A stretch of 63,341 bases of DNA, filler included, from Atractiella rhizophila (lineage: Eukaryota), in assembly GCA_021432655.1 (NCBI GenBank). It is 10 parts of 10 records of this genome, joined end to end, with 100 filler letters (N's around TTAATTAATTAA, not from the genome) between each part and the next. Parts side by side here need not be neighbours in the genome. Positions count along the whole stretch, not along the records: positions 13,672 to 20,370 come from MU272274.1; positions 20,471 to 27,163 come from MU272275.1; 8 more parts are not named here. The stretch is one strand, 5' to 3'. The notes below the pieces were generated by a model. That model saw only the letters and a program-made list of their open reading frames with translations, was not told the origin of the DNA and did no database searches. The first letter of the stretch is position 1, and the number at the start of each line of letters is the position of its first letter. Shown piece after piece: positions 13,672-24,313 of this stretch. The position numbers were made by a program, and so were the translations under genes.

Positions 13672-14983
13672 GCTTCGCGAGAGGGCGGAACAGCTCCATA
13701 TCCGCTGCTTATACCTCCACCGTAAACGGGGGAAGCGGGGTACATTGAAGCTGAGTACTGAGGGATGGAATGCTGCTGATACGTGACTGGAATGGCTTGT
13801 TGCGGGGCAGGAATGAAGGCAGAAGGTTGATTGACAAGCGCGTACGAAGCGGGGGGAGCGCCGTATATGATGTTCGATTGGTTGGAACTCTGAACCTGGG
13901 ATGATGAGCCCTCTGGACCAGGAGAACGATGGACGACTGTTAGGCCGCTGGGAGCCGAGGTGATGGGAGGATTGAGTGAGGAGGCGCTTGGGTTGCGGAT
14001 GTGCCCGGTTTGAGGTGATTGATCGTAACTGTTGACGTTAAGAGGAGCATTCGGATTTGAACTTGAGACAGCTGTGTTCATCACGTCTGCCCTTATATTT
14101 TCCCACATATCCTCCATATTCCCCTGACCTGGCTGAGCAGTGGACGCTTGTTGGGACCTTCCCATCCCGGTAATCGGATCGACCACATACCCTCCCTTGC
14201 TGGGAACGTAATATTCCACCTCTGCCCGGGCTGAAGCTGGTTGAGATCCTGGAGACTGAACTGCTGAATAGTCTCCTGTGGTGTATTGGGCGTTCGAGAG
14301 GTGGGGTGAGGATTGTTGGTACGAAGCACCTTGAGAGGAGCGTGGGACGGAGGCAACGTATGAAGCCCCAATGGGATTCCGCTGGAGGCCGTTCGGCGTG
14401 GGAATATCGTTCGAAGTGTTCGCAGGCACTCGTGTCCATTCTCCATTAGGCGCTATGGAGACGTCAGCTATCAAAGTAAGAGTAAGGAAGGAAGGGAAAA
14501 ATAAGGCTGACAAAGTTCCATCCGGTAAGGCTGATATGGTTGCTGCGCTCCAAACTCGTCATACCCCTCTTGACTGAAACTCGTCCTCGACGCATTCATA
14601 CTGAAATCTCCACCATTCGCTGACAACCTCGCATTCAAACTCCCAGCACTATTTCCCTCCTGCCTTTGCACTAATGGTACCTCCTCCGCTGCGGAATCAT
14701 AGCTTCCTTCTCCAGCCATGCTCGTTGGCCGCGACGATATCTGTGACGCAGTCTGACTCCGTTCCCCTTGGTGACTTATCCGGGTGAATCCAGCACGGTT
14801 CCCTCTCGCAGTCCCCTTGCTGTTACGAGCGTGCCGTCGACGGAGGAAGAGAGCAAGACCAACGACGACAGCGAGGCCGATTATGAAGACGACGATTCCG
14901 ATGACTACCGCGAGGCCGGAGCCTTGGAGTGCTCGTTTGGACAGTCGACGTGACTGAGTGCTGGAGGAGGAAGAGGACGACAT
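13672..14983 (-). CDS. Single-pass membrane protein with low-complexity S/P/Q-rich cytoplasmic tail; 3' end in gap
   Basis: Hydrophobic stretch GLAVVIGIVVFIIGLAVVVGLALFL followed by RRRH; two long ORFs joined by an intron near 14470-14515. Confidence 0.7.
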
Positions 14984-15758
14984 GTTGACATGAGATTAGG
15001 ACGCTTTACTGGTAGCAACGTAGGAACGTTAGTGGCACATCCAATGAACTGATGCTCTTGAAGACGGAAAATGGATGCATTGAAACTTCTAATTCGGCTT
15101 CTTGAAAGCGCCGCAAATATTTGTGAGCTCGAAATACCGGAAGGAGAACGTCTTCGGGGTGCCCTGCACAGCTAAATGGAACCGGAAATGTTGCAACATT
15201 GGGGCGGCACCACATTTCACGGCATCGACATTGTCTCGAGGTTCCTTTACTTGCTCTTTACGTCGCTCACAGAGAGGGAAGAGTGAAAAAATGGGAAAGG
15301 CATAGACACGTGAAGGAGGAGATGCACGCACAGCTCGAGGTAATCTGGCTCGCTGAAACTGAAGAGACTCTCAAAGCCTAGCAAAGGTATTACTCCGAGG
15401 CCAGGGAGGGTCGTTCAGACGATGTGAGAGCCTTGGGAATGGTTGAAAGGTCGTGAACGGGGTCGTGAACGAACTTGGTGGCTGCGCTGTGGTTCTGGAT
15501 CCGATTGCCCCTTCAGGCATTTGCCGACAGCTACAGGCACAAATACTCTTGCCTTCCTACTCTGAGTTGTGAGATACGGAATAACAATGCCTGTCGTCCA
15601 GTTGACGAAGTCTTACTTAGCTAGCGGTGTTGGTAGTTTGGAAGAGGGAGAACCGGAGACCTGTGAGTGTCCACCTGCTGGAAATCCAAGGTTTAATAGG
15701 ATACGGTTTCCGTCAATCCGTAGCAACTCCTGAGTCCACCATCCCAGGCTGGATTTGG

Positions 15759-16214
15759 ATGTGCGCATTCTTCCATCCTCCTACTACTATTCAGCTCATT
15801 TCTTTCTTTTGTTGGACATCCAGTCCCCTCGTCACTATTTCCGTCATCTGCATCCTATTCATCTCCTTCCGTCGCTTGTCCCCTCGCCTCCCTTCCCTCT
15901 CTTTCTCGCTCAACACCTCCCGCATTCGTCTCCCCACCGCTCCATCCGAGCCTTTAGCACAAGCGGAAGACGAAGACTCCGAAGCTTCAGAAACCTCAGA
16001 TCACGACGACGAGTTGCCGACTAGCGGGCATCCGGTGCCTTCCAAAGCGAAGCGTCTGCTGGGTATTGTGCCCAACCAAAATGGCGGTCGTGGGAACGAG
16101 AGGGATAAGGCGCTCAAGGTCGGCGGAACCCTTGCGAGTGCTTTTTGGGGAAGACGCAAAGGAGGGAGAAGTGTGGGAGGCATTAAATTGACAGAGGGAG
16201 AGCCAGGCAACTAA
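15759..16214 (+). CDS. Hypothetical small membrane protein
   Basis: ORF with hydrophobic segment (LVTISVICILFISF), an acidic patch and a basic tail; no recognised domain. Confidence 0.35.
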   Translation: MCAFFHPPTTIQLISFFCWTSSPLVTISVICILFISFRRLSPRLPSLSFSLNTSRIRLPTAPSEPLAQAEDEDSEASETSDHDDELPTSGHPVPSKAKRLLGIVPNQNGGRGNERDKALKVGGTLASAFWGRRKGGRSVGGIKLTEGEPGN

Positions 16215-17899
16215 GTGAGGTTTTGCTCACCTTAAACGAGGTCGGAGGGATTTGCCAGTGTGTCGCAGCGGCTCTATATTTGTTACAGGGATGGAAGGAA
16301 TAGCCTATTTCATGCGTCATTTGGATATTGCATGCGAAGGTGCTCAAATTCGTGACAGCGACGGCGTTTTGGACGCTTTAGCCTTGACTACGGCTCAGGT
16401 GAATTGGAATTACTGAGAGCCCTAATGAATGGCTAAGCTGTCGTGTACTCTGAACCCCATAAACTTTCGAACGCTTTTCTTCTGCAAGCTGCTGTTACAA
16501 ATGATATAAGAACACGCTTTCCCATCTCACGCTCGACATCCATTGATCCAGTGCAGAATTCATTGTACTCCACTTGAAGATGGCAACTTGGACGTTGACG
16601 AAGACGTTGGCCTGTTTCATGGGCTGATATCTGTGGAGTCGTTCGATAAAGTGGCGGACTATAATCCTAATGCCATCGAAGCATCACATTTCACTCAGGT
16701 ATGTGCCTTTAATGTTGGTCCGTCTATATTATTTGCGTGGTAACCACTCTCTTTGCAATTTGGATGCAGTGCGATCAGATCTCCGTGAACAAAATATCGG
16801 TTTCCAACGGCGAAAGCTCTTCAAGTGGTAGAATCAAAGAATTGAGGGATTGCAGGAACAAAGAGGACATGTGATTTGTTAGAAGCACCGTACATCCTCC
16901 TTCACACTTGGGTGTTGTTGGGATCTCGTGCTGATTAGTATTCGTAGAAGGCACCCAAGGGGATGACAAACTTAAAATTCACAACAGGACGGAGTACACG
17001 CCAAAAGCGAGAACATGAGGATTCCAACTTGGAAGTCTGAAATGAGAAAGTTAATGCGTTACCAGCCAAAAAAGTCGTTGCTGGCCAAGTGAATCTGCGT
17101 ATGCAAGCTAAATAAGAGAACCCCCCTCCTCACCACGATTTTGATGCTCAGGATGCCGAAGTTCGGCGAAGTGGTGAGTCACCAAGTGAGCATCAAAGGT
17201 GATAGCGGAGATGTCGTTCGAAGAATATGTTAGTTTTGTGGATTTGGGGAATTGGGGGGAAACTGGGAGCGAAAGTGGTGGGGATGAGGAAGGAGCTTCG
17301 GGTTCTGCGAGCTGTTGTAACCAAATTAAACAGGAATAATTGCAATTCTACAGCTTGTATACACCCTATATATCCCCTCCAGAATGCCGATCCATGGTGG
17401 TTGATCCTGTGTGATACTGTTTGTTGTTGCAAGAGCATTGAGGACCGCCGCCATCGACTGTTCAAGAGTCGCAAGGAGAGTGGTCGGCCCCATCTCATCA
17501 GAAATTGCAGGCTGCAAGAGAGAAAGTATATACCCGAAGCCTGACATTAGCACACGGTTTCCCTCCCAGCTGTTCGATCAACGCACGAAGACCTGGATCT
17601 GACAGGCTCTCTGCCTTGAATCCAGGTTGGAAGCAAGGCAATGTCAGGAGGCTGGCAGAAGGATGGCTGAGGGTTTCCTTGATCTGTTTTCGAACAGCGG
17701 CCGATTCTTGATGCCTTTGACACCTTCGCGTAGAAGAGCTTTGCGATCCAGTTGAGGAATAGGAGGAAGGAAATGTTGGAGGGCTTCACTGTTCCGAACG
17801 GCATATGCATTGAGGATGTAAAGGTTGTTGGCCGGTACATCTGTTCAATGTCGAATCGCGCGTTTTCGCTGCTCTGTCAGCTTTCGTTCCTGGCGGATC

Positions 17900-19700
17900 A
17901 CCTCGAGCCCGTCGTCAACATATCCAGCTGTCTGACAGGCATGCTGAACGTTAACGATCGCTTTGATGGTATCCTTTGAATATTTAGCACTGAGAACAAA
18001 TGAAATAGCAAACACTTACAGCTGAGTTGAGCTTTGACAAGTCCAAGGAAGGCGATAAAGGCGGAAGCTGGAAATGTTTGTACCAAGTACCGGTAAAAGT
18101 GAGCTGGCAGCCAAGAATATAAAGTTCTGGGGTATGCCCTTCAACAGAATCGTCCTTTGGTTGTGAAAGAAGCATTTCATCAACCCGAAAGACATAAGGA
18201 TTCTGCGTAGAAAGAAAGGTTAGCGAAGGATCTGCCTAACGTAATGGTGGGGTTGATTGTACCTGCCTCGTCGACTCTACCAGGACAAAGTTCCCAATCC
18301 TTACGTCTTCCTCAGACTGAGATATGACTGACCGCACTTGAAGATGTTTAAAGTCCCGAAAACTATGACCTTCCAAAGAGAGAGGAAGGGAGGGCTGCAC
18401 TTTGTGGAGAACAGTTTTGGTTGCGGATTGATGCAATTGCTCTGTGTTTCGAGCTTCCAGCTCCTTGTTTCCAGTATAAGTTACCTGTGTAATAGAGTAT
18501 GAACGAGAAGACCAACCGGGAGGGTGCTAGCTGGCTAGTGCATGAGCCTTTGGATCCGCAAGTGTAAGAGCTAACATCTGACGGTAGGTCTTGTCACGCA
18601 TCAAGGGAAGGACCTTCTCAGATGCACAGACCCATTCTCCTGACGCTGTATCCTTCCAGAAGCCACCACTAACGATATGGCGGACCCGATTCATAGCCTG
18701 CAAAGGAGGCGGCGATGTCGACTCCAGGAGCTTGATGATTAGAGAAAATGGAGCGAAGTACGCCGTTGTAGCTTTCGAATTTCTCGGTGGCATAGTTTAT
18801 AGGAACTCCGAATCGATGCACATTGTCCACGAGATGTACGAGGAGATGAAACTTTCGTTTATTGAACCATTGTGTCGTCAGGGTTGCAGTTGAATCCAGG
18901 AAAAAAGCAATTGCAGCTTGTAAATCGTTCTGGTGGAATCATCAGCTCCTACTTGTTAACAGTTAAAGACAAACCAAATAAGTGTCCTTCGAAGTAACTT
19001 TGGGGCACCACACAAGTGAGCCCAAGCATCCGAGAGCGACCCAAATTGACAAAAATTCGTTATCCAGCACTTCATCTAGAGCAAACAGTGCAACTTGCAT
19101 GAGCAACTTGAAATCTTTGCCCACCAAGCTGTGGGCATAGTCGACAAGTTGAGTGCCAGGGATCCGTGTCATGTTCAAGCCTGAAACCTCTAAGGAATCC
19201 AGTTTTCCGAGGACCAAAGACTTCTGAATTAGAGAAAGTCGCTTCATGTTATCGCACTAAAAATACTTGACAAATCCTAGCAGAATTCTGTGCAGGACTT
19301 CAAAAGGGGTATCTCGATGGAAGTTAAACCCATGCCCAAGAGTTGAAATGCAGGATTATGCCGAAACTGTCGAAATTGATGCTCTTCCTTCAGCTTAGAG
19401 ATTTCTGTTTGGAGGGCCTCGTTCGATCCATGAAATCTTTCCGGAGCTGTAAGAGTTGTTCCACAAAGTATGAAGTGACAGTGTCCTTGATGCCAGTTGC
19501 GGTTCGTTCCGCATCGATTTGGCCTTTTGGTAGAGTCATGTCAGCTGCAATAGCAACGGAGCGATGGAGAGATGCAAGTGTTTCGAGAGGTCTTCGTTAT
19601 ACAAAGTGAAGCATTCGAAAACAAGGGGATGACCATCGACAAACTGAAAAAGGACCAACACGCCATCCACAACTTATCGCCCACCTATTCTGCAGGAACG
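17900..19700 (-). mobile_element. Decayed fungal CACTA/Plavaka-like DNA transposase; boundaries approximate
   Basis: FNFHRDTPFEVLHRILLGFVKYF* and SLVGKDFKLLMQVALFAL, then ESYNGVLR and GGFWKD-like blocks, as seen in basidiomycete transposase-like proteins; stops and frameshifts. Confidence 0.7.
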
Positions 19701-20470
19701 AAACACTGACTTCATAAAGAATGTAATCGTCAGCGTTCGCTGGTTCCGAGCTGATTCTAACAACTCATTTACAGCAATAACCACTAGTGCTTTTCTTTTA
19801 TGTTTTGCTTTCAAATGCACAACGGCTACTTTTGTGGATAAATCAGAGCCGCGATTCTATACGTCGCTGTTGCGCTCTCTAATATCGTCTTTTAACTTTC
19901 TGTCTATGCAAACCGAATTCAAACGGTTCAATGAAAATAACACTTATTTCCCACCGTTTGATCATTTGCAGCCTTAAACATACTGTAAGGGCTAGCTCTA
20001 TATTTCAAAGTTGGCATAACAGACAGACTCGATATGGAAATGCATAAACGCCCAGGATGGACTTTAACCGGTAATTGAGCTAGCTCCTGTGGTGATAGAT
20101 ATCCCATGCATATTACTGAGATGCCATCGCACAACGATATGACAAAACAAATGCAGCTCATTAATGTCAATATTCAATTTCCACCACTCCTATAGGCAGG
20201 TCGCGGACGGGCGCACTTGCGCCTTTACGACTCAGAGCGATCCCAGGATTGGATCAGCTTGCTTGGAGGAAAGAATAGGGATGCACAACGGGGCGGGACG
20301 GGTTCGGAACCCGTGCGACGTTCCCGTCTTTTTTGGCGTGCGCCTAGCACAAAGGAACCCGTCTCTACCGNNNNNNNNNNNNNNNNNNNNNNNNNNNNNN
20401 NNNNNNNNNNNNNNTTAATTAATTAANNNNNNNNNNNNNNNNNNNNNNNNNNNNNNNNNNNNNNNNNNNN

Positions 20471-21221
20471 ACTATTGCCGCAGGGAGGCTGGGTGTTGTG
20501 GACGACAGAAGGAGTAAGAAGAGGAGTGCTGTATCATCCAATTGTTAGTACATTAGTCTCGCTTCAGTATGCTAGAAGAAAGTCTGAACAAGTCATTATG
20601 CAGATTGTATCGAAAGCACAAATCTGGACAATTTGAGTTGCTCTGGGAAGGCAACTTGTGCTTTCGCCGGGCTCTTTCCTTGTGTATCTTTCAGGTTATT
20701 CAAAACACAGCTAAAGGCATGCGATGGTACAAGCTGTCCAGGCTATTTGCTTTCTGCTTCTACTAGCTACAGCGGGTCTTTGACTCGACGCGTACATAAG
20801 AATGCGAAAGCGAAACAAAGCTGTCTCTGCCTCCATTTCTTTTCAAGATAAGTTACGAACCCGTTATTCCCAAAATACTGTTCTCAGCTCGAGCTTTCAT
20901 TCCCCTCTACGCAAATCATTAGCCAATTACACAAGTTGCTCCTGAGGCGAAACACACAAGCTTCATGCTTCCATTTGCAATGACCAAAGCTACCAAGCTG
21001 CTAGCAGTAAACGATAAAGGCAACCAGGAAGGTGCGCCATCTCGGACTGAGTTTGGTACGTTGGAACGAGAAAGCAGCGCTGAGAAGTATGGCAGAGAGA
21101 CTAGGACAGCATTCCAAGGGAGAAGAATAGTGCATCCTAGCAGGAAAAAGGTGAGGTACTGTGAATTCGGGACATGCTGCCGTGATGGAGAGCTGGAACG
21201 TGAACTACTTCTGGAAGACAT
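20471..21221 (-). CDS. Equilibrative nucleoside transporter (ENT/FUN26-like), 5' exons only; remainder in gap
   Basis: YLTFFLLGCTILLPWNAVL...PYF is the ENT TM1 signature; exon 2 (RGMKARAENSILGIT) splices across intron 20529-20860 into ALLFLLLLSSTTP. Confidence 0.85.
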
Positions 21222-21400
21222 GGGAGTTATTACGTTTAGGGTCTGTCATTCCGTAGTGAACTTAATCGTAGCTCCAAAATTATGGATGGTCATAAGACTA
21301 CAGCGGACTAGAGTTGAACTAGAAGGTGACGCCAATTGCTGGCATAATTGAGCATAAATCTTTGTGGATCCAGCGAGGAAGTGGCTTTGGAACATGTGCA

Positions 21401-22698
21401 ATGGGGTGAGAACCTCGTTAGTGTTGTATCTGTTTTTCTGACCATCTTCACGGCCATCAGAACATTCTTCGCCGACCCTGATACCAACGCCTTTGTGTGG
21501 AGTGGGGATTCCCTCTTGCTTGGATTCAGATAAGTGAGAATTAATGCTAATGGTCACAGATCACCGCACCTCCATAGCTGCTGGATCCGCTTCTATCGTC
21601 ACAACACTTGTTGGGTTTCCATTGGACAGCATCAAATCTCGTTTGCAAGTGAAGACCTACGAAGGCGGCGTGTTGGGATGTGTCAAGAGTACATTCAGGG
21701 AGGAAGGGTTCCGGGGGTTCTTTAGGGGATTACTGAGCCCTTTGATAACGATCAGCGTGGTTCGGACAACAAGCTTCACCATTTACACAGAGTAAGTAAC
21801 TTTTAGTTTGCAATCGGATATGTTATGAATGGGCTGTGGCGGACAGGACGAAGAAAACTTTGCATGAAAAAGATCTTTTCAACAAAGATACAGTATCAGG
21901 AAGAGCTATTTCCGGCTTCTTGGGTGGTGCAACGTGAGCTCTTTCGCTTGCTCTAGCAGAGAATTGACGACTGACGGTGTGGCAGTTCCGGAGCGTTGAT
22001 AAGCGCTGGTTCTTGTCCTTTCGAGTTGACCAAGATTCGAGCTCAGCTCTCCTATCACATTGCTGCCTCTCGGGGTATTCCTTATCGACCAGAGGGGACT
22101 CTCGCTTCTGCGCGTGACATTATTGCTCGTGGGGGCTATCGAGCACGTTCTTTCCATTCTCTGATTTCAGTCCTGACCAGTTCAGGATAGGGACTGTATG
22201 CTGGAATGGTTCTGCATTCGTTTCGAGATTGCTTCGGAACCGGGATCTACTTCGCTTTCTACGACTCCATACGGCATAGCAAGACAGTGAAAAGGACCAT
22301 CAACGAGCCGCTGCAGCCCTTTCTTTGTGGGAGTCTTTGTGGAGTTATGAGTTGGATCATTGTCTACCCGTTAGGTATGTGCACTCCTCCAACGCAGAAC
22401 ATGGATGACACGAACGTAGATTTGGTGAAGACCCGTTACCAGAGAGCGAGGTTAGAAGGGGACTATGACAAGAAAGCATGGGGGATCTGGAAGGAAATAT
22501 CCTCTGGAGGGATTCGGCGGATGTACACCGGCTTAGGCATAAGTGTAGCTCGCTCCATGTTTACCCACGGTCTCAGTAGGTCTACTCCTCGTTCAAGCTA
22601 CAGAAACGATCTGACAACTGCATATTATAGTGTGGTGGTGCCTCGAACGATTTGTCGTGATGATTGGAACTGCAACTGGTGGAGCCGCTCAACGGTAA
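21401..22698 (+). CDS. Mitochondrial carrier family protein (carnitine/amino-acid carrier-like), multi-exon
   Basis: Three Px[DE]xxKxR signatures after splicing: PLDSIKSRLQ, PFELTKIRAQ, PLDLVKTRYQ; EEGFRGFFRG. Confidence 0.9.
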
Positions 22699-24233
22699 CC
22701 CGAATCTCCACCTCTGTCCACCGCTCCAGCGTCTGTGAATGTTTCACAGATAGTCCCTCCTCCCAGAATAACGTCCGAAAGGGATAGCATGACGGTCTGA
22801 CCGAGCGATATACCGTAAATTGGTTTCTCCAGCATAATGGCTAGGGAGCCATCGACACTACAATGAGATGAGAACAGATCGTGAGGACCGTGTGGGGAGG
22901 TCACGGACTGTATTTTTATTGCGCAAGCTACTTCGTCATTTCGGCTTTTGCCCAGTTTGGCCATCAGCTGTGGGGGTTCCTGGTTGGATGGTTGATGCAT
23001 TAACATTCGCTTGTAATCGGGAAGAAGCCAGGAGAAGTCCTCGGTTCTGACTGTGTGAGTATATAGTGAAGGGTGTGAGCTGTACATATACTTTAGTGTT
23101 GATACGATTGATGGATCTCAACAATACCTTGGTGCAACATAGAGTGTGGGACAGCCCTCTGAAACGCGTTTTGACGAAACAAAAAGCTTTTCCTTCATCC
23201 CACTCAGACTGAACTTTTGCCCTATTCAACCTCTAAGCTTGCTGAGCAGGTTCGATGAGGAGGAACAGACCAACCTATTGTATACTTCCACAATCCTTCG
23301 TGCTTTGCAACCACTTCTTCGGTCCCCACAAGTTTTACAACACCTTCTCTTTCCTCGACATATGCGCCGAGCCAATCTGCGAACCTCTTCCTCTCGCCAA
23401 CAAAGCAAAGGCCCATGCTTTCCTTCCGATTCCAATTGTGAAACTCTTCCTTTTTTGCAAGCTCCTTCACTGTGTCCTTCGAAGTAACATGCTGGCCCAA
23501 CGGAAAATATGTCCGTTGCAATGCTGCGAGAGGGGTGCTGCAAAGGTAATATGTCTGGTCTTTTGACGACGGGAATCGCGAGAGGAAAATTGATGGCCCC
23601 GACGTGGATGCAGAAGGCGAGAGGAGACGGGCATAGTGTCCCGTAGCGAGCCAAGCGTTTGGGAATTTGGAGCGCACAAATGCAGAAAGTGCACCAAATT
23701 TGATCTCCCTGCTTACTCTTTACCTTCAGCTCTACTGAAACAAGGAGCGGACATACCGATTGCAGCTGACATCTGGATTTGGCGTCCAGCCCTTCTCCCA
23801 CATGGCAATGGATGGCTGAAAAACTCTGAACCAGTACTCCTTGCTCAAGTCTACCTTTCCAAGGTCTCAACACTTATGTCCAGAGCCCTGAAATGGAAAC
23901 GCACCAGTTCACATGGAATTCCAATTTTTGCGCAAACCCTTTGAACATCGTTCCATTCACGTTCCCATTCGCAACCACGAGCAGAATCATCATCCCTAAC
24001 ATCCCAATTGCGCATGTAGATGCCGGAGACGTTGTAATCTCCAGATTTTGCCACCAAATGAGCAGAGACAGTGCTATCGACTCCTCCCGACAGCGCTACA
24101 AATACTGCGCCAGTGTGTTAGCTAGGAGTGGTAAATCTGAGAACTTCTTACCTTGAGATCCTTTCGGAGGCACATATCCCGTCGCTGGCTGAGTGAAGAT
24201 GCGTGAAAGCGCATGGGGGAGGCGTTGTAACAT
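22689..24233 (-). CDS. SLM3: Mitochondrial tRNA-specific 2-thiouridylase (MnmA/TRMU)
   Basis: ALSGGVDS PP-loop, YMRNWD, LATGHYAR, KDQTYYL, ESMGLCFVGER, GLWKYTIG and C-terminal GQ...LGGG motifs. Confidence 0.93.
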
Positions 24234-24313
24234 ATATTGGTCGTTGTGAGTTGGCTGATCGGCTTCCAACGCAAAGCGAGAAGCAAAGCGACCACGAGCA
24301 CGATCAGGACGAC

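Noticed and set aside
20529..20905. TPP riboswitch in the ENT gene (GCTGAGA in exon 2, AACCTGA in the intron)
   Set aside because: The fragments are far apart and the P2 pairing and the GAU...UAAU...GCG P4/P5 core are missing
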